From: Chloroherpetonaceae bacterium
Lineage (GTDB): Bacteria; Bacteroidota; Chlorobiia; Chlorobiales; Thermochlorobacteraceae
Direction of reading: 5' to 3'
Assembly (NCBI GenBank): GCA_046719715.1
Contig: JBDNCJ010000001.1
Coordinates: 9,592-73,591 of the forward strand
DNA: 64,000 nt
This document shows positions 1 to 9,242 of the stretch, piece by piece. Position 1 is the first letter of the stretch. Each line of letters starts with the position of its first letter. A program made the position numbers and the translations under genes. The notes beneath the pieces were generated by a model. That model saw only the letters and a list, made by a program, of their open reading frames with translations, searched no databases and had not been told where the DNA came from.

Positions 1-2
1 AA

Positions 3-326
3 ATTGGCGACGAAGTATTGAGAACAGTGGCGCAACTGATGAAAACCAGAATCGGTAGAGAAGGCATTGCTGGACGTTATGGCGGCGAGGAATTTGTCTT
101 GGTTTTCGCCAACGCATCGCTTGAGCGCGCGGCGTTGGTCGCCGATACGGTGCGTCGCGCCGTCGAGACGCACGATTGGGCATCTATTCACCCCGAATTG
201 ACGGTAACGCTCAGCATCGGGCTTTGCGCCGATACCTCGCTCCCATCTTTTGAAAAGATGATTGCACAAGCAGACGAAAAACTCTACGAAGCCAAGAAAA
301 ACGGACGCAATCAAATCCGCTATTGA
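3..326 (+). CDS. GGDEF-domain diguanylate cyclase, C-terminal part (5' end outside the window)
   Basis: The frame is open from nt 3. It carries the GDEVL...RYGGEEFVLVF active-site block and the EADEKLYEAKKNGRNQ tail typical of GGDEF domains. Confidence 0.85.
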   Translation: MGDEVLRTVAQLMKTRIGREGIAGRYGGEEFVLVFANASLERAALVADTVRRAVETHDWASIHPELTVTLSIGLCADTSLPSFEKMIAQADEKLYEAKKNGRNQIRY

Positions 327-336
327 CGCTCAAATC

Positions 337-744
337 TTATTGACCGTTCAAAACTTCAACGCGCACGCGCACCACGCCCGATTGCACCATGTCAATGGCT
401 TTTGCGCCAGCGAGCGACAAGTCAATAATTCTCCCTTTGGTGTTCTTTGGCATTCGGTCGTTAATTCGAACCACAACACTTTTGCGATTTTCAAGATTCG
501 TAACGCGCACCGGTGTCCCCAACGGCAAATCGACACTTGCCGCCGTCAATTTGTTCATGTCATAAGTCTCTCCGCTTGCCGTTTTCCTGCCGTGAAATTC
601 GTCTGCGTAGTAGGTCGCCATGCCTTCTTTGGCGTTGCTCGCCGACAGGGGCGACGACTCGGAACGCTCGCCGTAGCGCACGACCGATTGACACGACGAA
701 AGAAGCATCACGATAAAAATGAAAAGAATGGAAATGCACTTCAT
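337..744 (-). CDS. rlpA: RlpA-family lipoprotein (double-psi beta-barrel)
   Basis: A lipoprotein signal (IVMLLSSC) is followed by the RlpA signature ATYYADEFHGRKTASGETYD...LPLGTPVRVTN...VVVRINDR...GRIIDLS. I moved the start to the internal ATG (MKCISIL). Confidence 0.85.
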   Translation of the reverse strand: MKCISILFIFIVMLLSSCQSVVRYGERSESSPLSASNAKEGMATYYADEFHGRKTASGETYDMNKLTAASVDLPLGTPVRVTNLENRKSVVVRINDRMPKNTKGRIIDLSLAGAKAIDMVQSGVVRVRVEVLNGQ

Positions 745-831
745 ATTTGAGACGAGCATTTGAAATACGCAAAGCAACTTGTATCTTCAACTTCACCATT
801 GAAGTTAAAAAATCTCAATTTCTCAATCTCG

Positions 832-1395
832 ATGAAAGCAACGATTTATCAACCTTTTTCAGGCATAAAACCGCTCGGGTATTCCGTCCTCTTTGCCGCA
901 CTTACCGCACTTGCCGCTTGGGTGGAAGTTCCGATGTTTCCCGTTCCAATGACGATGCAGACTTGCGCCGTGCTTCTTTCGGGCGCACTCTTGGGTGCGC
1001 GTTGGGGCTTCGTGAGCCAAGTGATGTATCTCGCGGGCGGCATCTTTCTCCCGATTTATGCCGGCGGCGCAATGGGCGTTTCAACACTCTTCGGCGCAAC
1101 GGGCGGATACCTGTTTTCATTTCCGATAGCCGCATTTCTTACAGGTCTCGCACTTCGCTCGGCAACGATTGAAACCTCACTCTACGCACTATTCGCGCGC
1201 GTCTTCGCCGTCAGTTTGGTGATTATGATTTTCGGCACGATTTGGCTTCAAGTCGCGTTGAATCTTTCGCTCGTTCAAGCCGTTTCAGTGGGCTTCGTTC
1301 CGTTCATCATCGGCGATGCGATAAAGTGCATGCTGGTGGTTGCAATTGTCAAAGCCGACAAGTGGATTTCAACGCATAAGCCGAACCTGTTTTGA
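832..1395 (+). CDS. bioY: BioY-family biotin transporter (ECF S component)
   Basis: A polytopic membrane protein with BioY blocks VPMTMQT, GATGGYLFSFP and FIIGDAIK. I set the start at the internal ATG (MKATIY). Confidence 0.85.
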   Translation: MKATIYQPFSGIKPLGYSVLFAALTALAAWVEVPMFPVPMTMQTCAVLLSGALLGARWGFVSQVMYLAGGIFLPIYAGGAMGVSTLFGATGGYLFSFPIAAFLTGLALRSATIETSLYALFARVFAVSLVIMIFGTIWLQVALNLSLVQAVSVGFVPFIIGDAIKCMLVVAIVKADKWISTHKPNLF

Positions 1396-1457
1396 CTCGA
1401 GACGAACTTTGAATTTTTTTTAATCTTCACTAACTCTAATCATAAAGGAGACAAAAT

Positions 1458-1829
1458 ATGGCGGAAGTCATGGAAGCAACGGCGACAAGTATTTTGACCG
1501 AATCGCTCATCACGCTCACCGCAGGTGCGGCGGCGGAAGTCAACCGTATTATGGCAGAAAATAAAATTCCAGAAGGCTATAAACTGCGCGTCGGCGTTAC
1601 AGGCGGCGGCTGTTCGGGGCTTTCCTATGCGCTCGGCTTCGACCAGCCCAAAGAAAACGACGAGCAATTCATCAGCAACGGCGTTGAAATTTTGTTGGAT
1701 AAACGCCACGCGATTTACCTCTCCGGAACCGTTGTGGATTATCAAGACGGTCTGCAAGGACGCGGATTTACGTTCAACAATCCCAACGCACAAAAGACTT
1801 GCGGTTGCGGCAGTTCGTTTTCGGCTTAA
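1458..1829 (+). CDS. A-type iron-sulfur cluster carrier (IscA/ErpA/HesB family)
   Basis: It has the three ligand cysteines in the GGGCSG and C-terminal CGCGSSF blocks. An AAGGAG Shine-Dalgarno sequence lies just upstream of the ATG. Confidence 0.9.
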   Translation: MAEVMEATATSILTESLITLTAGAAAEVNRIMAENKIPEGYKLRVGVTGGGCSGLSYALGFDQPKENDEQFISNGVEILLDKRHAIYLSGTVVDYQDGLQGRGFTFNNPNAQKTCGCGSSFSA

Positions 1830-1850
1830 TTGTTTAAGGTCAATGCAAAA

Positions 1851-1881
1851 GGCGACTTCAAACGAAGTCGCCTTTTTCTTT
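1851..1881 (+). terminator. Rho-independent terminator after the Fe-S carrier gene
   Basis: A perfect 9-bp stem GGCGACTTC / GAAGTCGCC with a 4-nt loop, followed by TTTTTCTTT. Confidence 0.8.
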
Positions 1882-1926
1882 CGATGTCGTATCTTTGCGC
1901 GTTACGAACTTCAACTCATACCATCA

Positions 1927-2769
1927 ATGAAAACCATTGCTCATCTCATCTTACCTGCTCTTGTTATCATGATGCTCGTCGGTTGCAACGACGAAAAAAA
2001 GCAACTTGAAACGCTCCTCAAAACATCGCAACAAGTTACTGACTCGCTCAATGCCGTCATTCAGGAAGAATATGAAAAGCGCGAACGATTAGCACGAGAA
2101 TTAGATGAGCTCGACACCTACACGAAAGGCTTGGGCGTGAATTTGGCGGCGGAAAAAGACCCGGAAAAACAACAGAACACGATTGAGCGCATCAAAGAGG
2201 CGGCGAACACACTCAAATCCCAAAAGGAGAAAATCGGACAACTGACTGCCAAAGTCGCTCGCCTTGAAAAAAAACTTGAAGAAGTCTCGATGGAGAACGA
2301 GCGGCTCAAAGGGCAGATTGCCAAACTTTCGGGCGAGAACCTTGCGCTGCGCAACAAAGTTGACAGCCTCAACCGCGTTACGGCGAGCTTGAAGTCGCGC
2401 CTCGCTGAAGCCGTTGCCTCAGCCAATACCCAGCGCGAAAAACTCAATACAGGGTTCTACATCATGGGCGGCACAGGATTCTTGCGCGACAACGGCGTCT
2501 TGGAGCGTCGCGGTCCTTTCGGCAACGCCTACAACCCGAATTTCAATCCATCACAAAATCGCAATGTGCGGCGCATTGATATTTCGCAAACATCTGAAAT
2601 CGAAGTGCCAGCACCAAAGAGCGACGTCGTAATCTGGTCGCCACACGTGCGTAGCAGTTATGAAGTCGTTGAAAAATCGGGCGAGCGCAATAAATCCATC
2701 TTGCGCATTCTCAACCCCGATGAATTTTGGCAAACCGCCAAAGTGCTTGCCATTGGCACAGAAGGATAA
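1927..2769 (+). CDS. Coiled-coil lipoprotein, function unknown
   Basis: Internal ATG with a lipobox (MMLVGC). It has a long heptad-like E/K/L-rich region. The upstream part of track ORF 1525.. overlaps the Fe-S carrier gene out of frame and I discarded it. Confidence 0.6.
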   Translation: MKTIAHLILPALVIMMLVGCNDEKKQLETLLKTSQQVTDSLNAVIQEEYEKRERLARELDELDTYTKGLGVNLAAEKDPEKQQNTIERIKEAANTLKSQKEKIGQLTAKVARLEKKLEEVSMENERLKGQIAKLSGENLALRNKVDSLNRVTASLKSRLAEAVASANTQREKLNTGFYIMGGTGFLRDNGVLERRGPFGNAYNPNFNPSQNRNVRRIDISQTSEIEVPAPKSDVVIWSPHVRSSYEVVEKSGERNKSILRILNPDEFWQTAKVLAIGTEG

Positions 2770-2810
2770 CGCTCGCACGCCTACACCGATTGTAAATTGC
2801 TTATCTTATG

Positions 2811-2846
2811 AGCCTGAACTGCAAACCGTTCGGGCTTTTCATTTTT
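2811..2846 (+). terminator. Rho-independent terminator
   Basis: Stem AGCCTGAAC / GTTCGGGCT with an 8-nt loop, followed by TTTCATTTTT. Confidence 0.7.
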
Positions 2847-2857
2847 GAGGTGATACG

Positions 2858-3808
2858 ATGATTCAATACGACAGCAAAATTTGGTTCGGGTTTTTATTCA
2901 ACTTCCGAACGGGGCAGTTGCGTCGACTTCTGCCGAGTATATTGATTATGGCGAGTTTCACCGCCGTTGTTTGCTATTTGGATTTGGTGAAAGGGCTTTA
3001 CAAACTTGAAATGCCGCTCACGGTGCATACCTTGATGGGCGTTGTGCTCGGTCTGGTGCTTGTCTTTCGCACCAACACGGCATATGAGCGGTGGTGGGAA
3101 GGGCGAAAACTTTTCGGCGCACTCGTCAATGCGTCTCGCAACCTCGCCGTAAAACTCGATGCGTTTTTAGAGCCGTCTGCATTTGAGCCGCGATACTTCT
3201 TTGCAAACACCATTTCCGCCTTTGCCATTCTTTTACCGAAACACTTACGCGACACAATTTCAAGCGACGATTTGGACATTCTCGACGAGGCATATCGCGA
3301 AATTGTTGCCCACGCCAAGCATAAGCCGCTTGCCGTGATACGAGTAATTATCAATCGAGTTCAAACCCTCCGCACGGAAGGCAAGTTGAGCATGGAACAG
3401 TTTATTTCGCTCTCTCAAAACTTAAACGAACTTGTCGACGCACTGGGCGGAATGGAACGCATCAAAAAAACGCCAATTCCGTTTTCATATGCCATGCTCA
3501 TCAAACGCTTTATTGCAGGATATGTGTTTTCGCTTCCTTTCGGATTGATTCACGATTTTGGCTGGGCGGCAGTGGTCATTGTGCCGTTTATTTTCTACGT
3601 CATGGTCGGCATTGAGGTCATCGCCGAAGCGATTGAAAACCCATTCGGAACCGATAAAGACGATTTGCCAACAGACGACATAGCGCAAAATATCATGCGC
3701 AACGTCAAAGAAATTTTAAGCTCCGCTTACGGCGAGCCCGTTCAAGAAAAACTTGAAGGTGAAATTTTTCAAGTAACAAAAACAACAGTATCTCAAAAGA
3801 CGACCTAA
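2858..3808 (+). CDS. Bestrophin-family (YneE/UPF0187) anion channel
   Basis: It has the RTNTAYERWWEGRK block and the four-TM layout characteristic of bacterial bestrophin homologues. Confidence 0.8.
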   Translation: MIQYDSKIWFGFLFNFRTGQLRRLLPSILIMASFTAVVCYLDLVKGLYKLEMPLTVHTLMGVVLGLVLVFRTNTAYERWWEGRKLFGALVNASRNLAVKLDAFLEPSAFEPRYFFANTISAFAILLPKHLRDTISSDDLDILDEAYREIVAHAKHKPLAVIRVIINRVQTLRTEGKLSMEQFISLSQNLNELVDALGGMERIKKTPIPFSYAMLIKRFIAGYVFSLPFGLIHDFGWAAVVIVPFIFYVMVGIEVIAEAIENPFGTDKDDLPTDDIAQNIMRNVKEILSSAYGEPVQEKLEGEIFQVTKTTVSQKTT

Positions 3809-3827
3809 CTTCGGTTTAATCTTAATA

Positions 3828-5096
3828 ATGACCACTTCTTCTCACCATGCTTCTTCCAAACGCGAATGGCTCTTGCTCTTCGTCTTAGTCTCGGTTCAAT
3901 TCACGCACGTCTTGGATTTTGTAATCATGATGCCGCTTGGACCGCAACTGATGCGCGTCTTCGACATTTCGCCGCAAGAATTTGGATTCATCGTTTCCTC
4001 TTACACGTTCAGCGCGGGTGTTACGGGATTTTTGAGCGCATTTATCATCGATAAATTCGATAGACGCACCGCACTGCTGTTCCTTTATTTCGGTTTTACG
4101 ATTGGAACATTTCTCTGCGGAATTGCGCCGACATATCTCATGCTCATGCTGGCGCGAATTGTCGCAGGCGGATTCGGCGGCGTGCTGGGCGCGCTCATCT
4201 TCGCGGTCATTGGCGACTGTATTCCTGAACACAGGCGCGGCGCGGCTACTGGCACAGTAATGAGCGCGTTTTCCATCGCTTCCGTTGCTGGCGTGCCACT
4301 CGGACTTTATCTCGCCAATCATTTCGGCTGGCATGTGCCTTTTTTCATGCTTGCCGCATTGAGCACACTTGCGCTCGCACTTGCCTACAAAGAACTGCCA
4401 AGCATGCGCGCACACTTGCAAACCCATACAACCCCCGAAACACCCATAGAAGCCTTGCGAAAACTTTACGCGCTCGTCTCTACGCCCAACCACCTCAACG
4501 CGCTGGTGTTTATGGTCGTTTTAATGGTGGGCGGATTTACGGTCATTCCTTACATCAGTCCCTATTTCGTGTCGAATGTCGGCATGAGCGAATCGGAACT
4601 GCCGCTCATTTATTTTTTCGGCGGCGCGGCGACCATTTTCACCTCGCGCTTCATCGGGAAACTCTCCGACAAATTCGGTAAAGCCAAAATGTTTACAGTA
4701 ATGTCGTTCAGTTCGATGGTTATCATTTACGCCATTACCCACGTGCCGCAAGTACCGCTTGTGCTTGCGCTGGTGATTACAACGCTGTTTATGATTACGA
4801 TGAATGGTCGCTTTGTGCCTGCTGTCGCCTTGGTTACATCGAGCGTCGACCCGAAATCGCGTGGAAGTTTTATGAGCATCAATTCGTCGGCGCAACAACT
4901 GGCTTCTGGCGCATCAAGCTTTGTGGCAGGATTGATTGTCGGCAAAGCATCAGACGGAACCATGACGAACTACAACCTTGTCGGCTTACTTGCCATTGCC
5001 GCAACGGTGCTCTGTTTGTTTTTAGTCAGGCGGATTAAAATGGTTGAAGAAGTCGCCTTACCCAGTCCACCTGAACCAGCCTTAGCAGAAGAATAG
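3828..5096 (+). CDS. MFS transporter
   Basis: About 12 hydrophobic segments and the MFS loop 2-3 motif (IDKFDRRTAL). Confidence 0.85.
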   Translation: MTTSSHHASSKREWLLLFVLVSVQFTHVLDFVIMMPLGPQLMRVFDISPQEFGFIVSSYTFSAGVTGFLSAFIIDKFDRRTALLFLYFGFTIGTFLCGIAPTYLMLMLARIVAGGFGGVLGALIFAVIGDCIPEHRRGAATGTVMSAFSIASVAGVPLGLYLANHFGWHVPFFMLAALSTLALALAYKELPSMRAHLQTHTTPETPIEALRKLYALVSTPNHLNALVFMVVLMVGGFTVIPYISPYFVSNVGMSESELPLIYFFGGAATIFTSRFIGKLSDKFGKAKMFTVMSFSSMVIIYAITHVPQVPLVLALVITTLFMITMNGRFVPAVALVTSSVDPKSRGSFMSINSSAQQLASGASSFVAGLIVGKASDGTMTNYNLVGLLAIAATVLCLFLVRRIKMVEEVALPSPPEPALAEE

Positions 5097-5100
5097 TGGG

Positions 5101-5712
5101 TTACTTTTGCTTCTCTGCCAATGCCACGCCCTCATCAAGTCGCTTTTGATTAAGATATTCAAGTAAAATCGTTGGTGGCTTTTTCCCAATTTTAACCAGT
5201 GCTAAAACGATTTCGTCGCCATTCAGAAAGCGATAAACCATTCTTCCGGTTGATTCGGTGAGAATGGATTTAAGGTCGTATTGCGCGCAAATGAGACTAT
5301 CAAGCCGTTTGAACTGCTCATCGGTTTTTTCGTTGCCCTCAAAAATAACCTGCACAAAATATAGTCCGATTGAATTGAGCGAATCAGCGCGGACAGAATC
5401 GCCAAAAGCAAATGCCCACGAAGCAACACGCATGCCGTAAAGCGAACCGCCTTTGAAGTGCAGTTCAGGCGTGACGAACGTTTTTTCGTGTTGAGAATCG
5501 GTGCGGACATTTTCGCGCGCCAGCATTGTTTGAACAATCGCCGTTTTGCGCGTGCCCCATTTGAAGAAGAGTTCTCCGCCGAATGCGCCGGGCAGTTCTT
5601 TCCCTGTCTCTTGTGCCATCTCAATGTTGCGCGGCTTGCAGGCAGTCATTGTGCACAAAAGCGTTGTAAGTATGAGAGCAAATCGCGCCCAACAAAGAAG
5701 CGGTTGGTTCAT
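5101..5712 (-). CDS. Hypothetical lipoprotein
   Basis: ATG start and lipobox (CTMTAC). It lies 3 nt downstream of the M28 peptidase gene on the same strand. I recognised no domain. Confidence 0.55.
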   Translation of the reverse strand: MNQPLLCWARFALILTTLLCTMTACKPRNIEMAQETGKELPGAFGGELFFKWGTRKTAIVQTMLARENVRTDSQHEKTFVTPELHFKGGSLYGMRVASWAFAFGDSVRADSLNSIGLYFVQVIFEGNEKTDEQFKRLDSLICAQYDLKSILTESTGRMVYRFLNGDEIVLALVKIGKKPPTILLEYLNQKRLDEGVALAEKQK

Positions 5713-5715
5713 CGG

Positions 5716-7206
5716 CTACTTGGCGTAAAGTTTTTTTCCAACAGATTCATATTTGTCGCCCGCTTTCCATTGCGGTGCAGAAGGGTTATCGGCAATGCGT
5801 CGCGCCGTGTGAATAAAGGCTTTGACAAATCGATGAAAATAGGCGAAGTCAAAATTCTCGTCGGCTTCGTCTGCGGCTTGATGATAAAATCGATTAATCG
5901 CCTCATCAAACGCGCGAAAGCCGGGGCTGAATGTTGGTGCGGGAATTCCCTTTCGCGCAAAGCTGACATTGTCGGAACGGTCAAAAAGATTTTGTTCGGG
6001 TGCAGGGTCTTGAACGGCAGTAAGCCCAATGGCTTTGCATGCATCGAGAATATCTTGCTCGGCAGTGGTTCGTTCTAAGCCGATAACGGTTACGATGCTT
6101 GTATCGTTGTAGCCTGCGCCGTCAATGTTAAGATTGAAGACGATTTTATTCAATGGAACAAGCGGATGTTCAGCGTAGTATTGGCTTCCCAAGAGTCCCA
6201 TTTCTTCGCCCGTGCATGCAAGCAAAAGAAGGCTTCGCTTAGGTGGGGCTTCGCTGAAAATGCGTGCGGCGCAAAGTAAAGCCGTTGTGCCCATGGCGTT
6301 ATCGCGCGCGCCGTTGTAAATGGAATCGGTTGAGTTTGGTGTTGGTTTAATGCCGATGTGGTCGTAGTGTGCTGAGAGCATGACGAACTCGTCTTTCAAC
6401 TTCGGGTCTGTGCCTTCAATAACGCCAACGACATTGTTTGAACTTACTTTTTGCTCTTTGTATCCATCGGTTTGAAGGGTCGCGTTGAGATTCTTTTGCG
6501 CTTGAATGAGCATGCGAATGTCAGAAGTCTCGTCGTTGAGGAGCACATGGACAAATGCGGGTTGTGCTGCGGTTCCGTCGTCCAACGAGAGATTCTCGCC
6601 GCCGAAAAATTGTTTGAGCCGTGCAAAGGGAAACCCAAATCGGTAAAGTTCAATCAACGCCAGTGCGCCTTTGGCTTTGGCGGCGTCTTGCTTTTGCTTG
6701 AACGCGCCGAAGAGTTGGCGAGGTGAGTCTTCTTCCGATGTGCCGACACGTGCGACTACAATTTTGCCTTTTACATCAAGGCCGTTGTAATCGTCGCGTC
6801 CGCTTGCACTATCCACGATGCCAAAACCGACGTAGGCAATTGGCGCCGAAAGGTTAAGTGAATCGCCAGAGAGCAAAAGCATATCATCGTTGGTGAAAAC
6901 TTGATTGACACGTTTTGATGTGAGCGTCAGCGAGAGCTGCTTCGGCGGTATGCGTTTAATGAATGAAATCGGCTGAAAGTAATTGGGAGTAAGCGGCTTA
7001 ACGCCATAGCGTTGAAACTGTGTGGCAATGTATCGTGCGGCGACGTTGTTGCCGTGTTCGCCCGTCATGCGTCCTTCCAATTCGTCAGAAGCAAGAAACT
7101 TGATGTGCGACGACGGCTCGGCAATCGGAAGCTTGGTTTCGGGAAGCGGTTGCGCGGAAAGTGCGGCGGAAAAAAGAACGAAGACGGAAAGAATGGTCAA
7201 TCGCAT
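5716..7206 (-). CDS. M28-family aminopeptidase with PA domain
   Basis: Zinc-ligand blocks LSAHYDHIG, GARDNAMG and GEEMGLLGS. I chose the internal ATG (MRLTILSVFVLFSAALSAQ) because it gives a clean signal peptide. Confidence 0.85.
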   Translation of the reverse strand: MRLTILSVFVLFSAALSAQPLPETKLPIAEPSSHIKFLASDELEGRMTGEHGNNVAARYIATQFQRYGVKPLTPNYFQPISFIKRIPPKQLSLTLTSKRVNQVFTNDDMLLLSGDSLNLSAPIAYVGFGIVDSASGRDDYNGLDVKGKIVVARVGTSEEDSPRQLFGAFKQKQDAAKAKGALALIELYRFGFPFARLKQFFGGENLSLDDGTAAQPAFVHVLLNDETSDIRMLIQAQKNLNATLQTDGYKEQKVSSNNVVGVIEGTDPKLKDEFVMLSAHYDHIGIKPTPNSTDSIYNGARDNAMGTTALLCAARIFSEAPPKRSLLLLACTGEEMGLLGSQYYAEHPLVPLNKIVFNLNIDGAGYNDTSIVTVIGLERTTAEQDILDACKAIGLTAVQDPAPEQNLFDRSDNVSFARKGIPAPTFSPGFRAFDEAINRFYHQAADEADENFDFAYFHRFVKAFIHTARRIADNPSAPQWKAGDKYESVGKKLYAK

Positions 7207-7269
7207 GGTCGTAAATCGCCAAAGGGCGAATGTTAATTTTGAAAAGTCGGAATATAATTCTCGTGTGAA

Positions 7270-7458
7270 ATGAAAAAAATCAAATGTCCGCGTTGTTTTC
7301 AAACGAAATCGGAAAAAGCTTTCAAGCAAGGCAAGCTGAACTACGAGTGGTGCAATGAGTGTCGTGAGAAATTTGAGCGTGCGCGTCGCAAAGAGATTGA
7401 GCAAAAAATTTTAGCCGAACTTTCATCGCATGGCTTACTTCGCAAAAAAGTGATGTAA
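7270..7458 (+). CDS. Small basic Cys4 zinc-ribbon protein, function unknown
   Basis: 62 aa with a CPRC...CNEC pair. It is bracketed by a promoter-sized gap upstream and a strong terminator downstream. Confidence 0.45.
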   Translation: MKKIKCPRCFQTKSEKAFKQGKLNYEWCNECREKFERARRKEIEQKILAELSSHGLLRKKVM

Positions 7459-7465
7459 AATGAAA

Positions 7466-7487
7466 AAGGCGTTCGAGTGAACGCCTT
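7466..7487. terminator. Bidirectional intrinsic terminator between convergent genes
   Basis: Stem AAGGCGTTC / GAACGCCTT with loop GAGT. T-rich runs follow on both strands. Confidence 0.75.
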
Positions 7488-7510
7488 CTGAAAATTTTTC
7501 AACTTGGGGC

Positions 7511-7936
7511 TTACGCATTAACGACTTCACCGTGCGGCTTGAGCGTTGATTGAACACGCTTGTATTCGGTGATGTCGGCAATAGCGGTTACTTTGCACGT
7601 CATGCCATCTTTGACCATCAAGGTTGGCACAACATAGATGTTTCGAAGTTCGCCGTTCTTGCGCACCACAACCCACTCGGCGGGCATTTCTGGCGCACCT
7701 GCAATAAACGCATCGTGAATACGAGTCGCTTCTGCGCGATAGTGCTCTGGGACAACCATCGAGAAGTGTTTGCCGATTAATTCTTCACGGGTGTAACCAT
7801 AAAGTTCAAGATACGCGTCGTTGACCTCGACATAATTGCCGTTCTTGTCCGTTACGCAAATCGCCATGCCCATGTTTTCAAAAATGGCGGCGCGGAATTT
7901 TTCTTCCGTCGGAAATTCAAATGTCTTCTTGCTCAT
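7511..7936 (-). CDS. Stand-alone PAS-domain protein
   Basis: The 141-aa single PAS fold reads ICVTDKNGNYVEVNDAYLELYGYTREELIGKHFS...NGE... Confidence 0.8.
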   Translation of the reverse strand: MSKKTFEFPTEEKFRAAIFENMGMAICVTDKNGNYVEVNDAYLELYGYTREELIGKHFSMVVPEHYRAEATRIHDAFIAGAPEMPAEWVVVRKNGELRNIYVVPTLMVKDGMTCKVTAIADITEYKRVQSTLKPHGEVVNA

Positions 7937-8069
7937 GCTTCAAGCCTCCTAATGGTTAAGTGTGTAATTTTATTTGACTAATTCTGGCGAAGAATTTACA
8001 CGTTGTATGCCGTTTTCACAACCGTGCGTGTTTTTCCCCATAAATCTTATTTCGTCAATAAGTGTGCCG

Positions 8070-8103
8070 AAAAAAAAAGACTCGGCTGCCCTATAGCCGA
8101 GTC
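8070..8103 (-). terminator. Strong intrinsic terminator (minus strand)
   Basis: On the minus strand, a 9-bp stem GACUCGGCU / AGCCGAGUC with a 7-nt loop is followed by U9. Confidence 0.8.
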
Positions 8104-8260
8104 CCTCTATCAACAAAACAACAAAGGAGGCTCTGATAAGTAGGAATCAGAGTCTTTGGTGTGAGAAAGAACAAATTGTACCTGAACTGCAACAAATATA
8201 CGGCAAACTCCGCGCAGAGTTGCATTAACAAGGTGTAAAATCGTCTTCTCACAACGGAAT
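8070..8260 (-). ncRNA. Candidate structured sRNA or long structured pyrD 3'UTR
   Basis: Nested stems plus the terminator above, in a 341-bp ORF-free gap. Details are in the findings. Confidence 0.25.
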
Positions 8261-8277
8261 TTTATAAATTCTTGAAA

Positions 8278-9216
8278 TTAAACTTTCAGAGAACCGATAA
8301 AATTTTTGAAACGAACGTTCTTTTCGGTAGAAAAGTAATGCTCGATTTGGTCGGAAACGGTCGCTCCGATAGTCGGCGCGACAAAATTCATCGTTCCGAT
8401 TTGTACCGCGCTTGCCCCAACGAGAAAAAACTCCATCGCGTCTTCAAAACTCGCAATGCCGCCCATTCCCACAATCGGAATTTTAACGGCGTTATAGACT
8501 TCCCAAACTTTGGCGAGCGCAATCGGCTTAATGGCTGGACCTGAAAGCCCACCTGTTACATTTTTCAGCATCGGCTTGCCTGTTTTGTAATTGACCGCCA
8601 TGCCAACGACGGTGTTGATGAGCGAGACGGAATCGGCACCGCCGCGCTCCGCCGCGAGCGCAATGCTTGAGATTGAAGTTACATTTGGCGTGAGTTTAAT
8701 CATCAAATGCCGATTCGTTAGTTTGCGAAGTTCGCTGGTGATTTCAAACGTCGCACGCTCGTCAACGCCGAAAATGATGCACTCGCCCTTGACATTCGGG
8801 CAAGAGAGATTGATTTCGTAGCCGCTAATGCCTTCAACATCTTCCAATCGCCTGACGACTTCGCAATAGTCCTCAACAGACTTACCCACAATGTTGACAA
8901 CCGTGTGTATAAGTTGTGTGCGCAAGAATGGCATTTTTTCTTCAATGAACTTTTCAACGCCGACATTAGCAAGCCCAATGGCGTTAAGCATTCCCGCAGG
9001 CGTTTCAACAATGCGTTGTGGCAAATTGCCTTCGCGCACTTCAAGCGAAATGGCTTTCGTAACAATGCCGCCGAGTTTGGACAGGTCGGTGAGTTTGGAA
9101 AGTTCTTCGCCGTAAGAAACCGTGCCGCTTGCGAGTAAAACGGGCGTTTTGAGGTCAAGTCCGCGCCCAAGCGAAATAGATGCGGGGTGTATGTCGATAA
9201 GTTCCGTCGTGAGCAT
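8278..9216 (-). CDS. pyrD: Dihydroorotate dehydrogenase catalytic subunit (class 1)
   Basis: Blocks PVLLASGT, NLSCPN (catalytic Cys) and IVGMGGI. Start set at the ATG (MLTTELID). Confidence 0.9.
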   Translation of the reverse strand: MLTTELIDIHPASISLGRGLDLKTPVLLASGTVSYGEELSKLTDLSKLGGIVTKAISLEVREGNLPQRIVETPAGMLNAIGLANVGVEKFIEEKMPFLRTQLIHTVVNIVGKSVEDYCEVVRRLEDVEGISGYEINLSCPNVKGECIIFGVDERATFEITSELRKLTNRHLMIKLTPNVTSISSIALAAERGGADSVSLINTVVGMAVNYKTGKPMLKNVTGGLSGPAIKPIALAKVWEVYNAVKIPIVGMGGIASFEDAMEFFLVGASAVQIGTMNFVAPTIGATVSDQIEHYFSTEKNVRFKNFIGSLKV

Positions 9217-9242
9217 ATTTGAAAAGAGTTGCACAAAAATAA

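Noticed and set aside
1525-1926. An upstream extension of the 414-aa track ORF that overlaps the Fe-S carrier gene.
   Set aside because: It overlaps a well-supported CDS out of frame and crosses its terminator. The internal ATG at 1927 gives a proper lipoprotein signal peptide.
5716-7404. Longer N-termini offered by the ORF track for the M28 peptidase. The same applies to lnt (51784), the HhH protein (43690), the outer-membrane protein (21068), plsY (32686) and the GNAT gene (57085).
   Set aside because: The extensions lack homology-like features and, where I checked the start codon (lnt, plsY and the GNAT gene), begin at a TTG. Internal ATGs give canonical signal peptides or canonical protein lengths and remove overlaps with neighbouring genes.
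8123-8130. A perfect AAAGGAGG Shine-Dalgarno-like sequence on the plus strand, which could suggest a hidden small gene.
   Set aside because: No ATG, GTG or TTG lies at a suitable distance, and stop codons follow immediately (TGA and TAA within 12 nt). It is better explained as the complement of a CCUCCU stretch in a minus-strand RNA.
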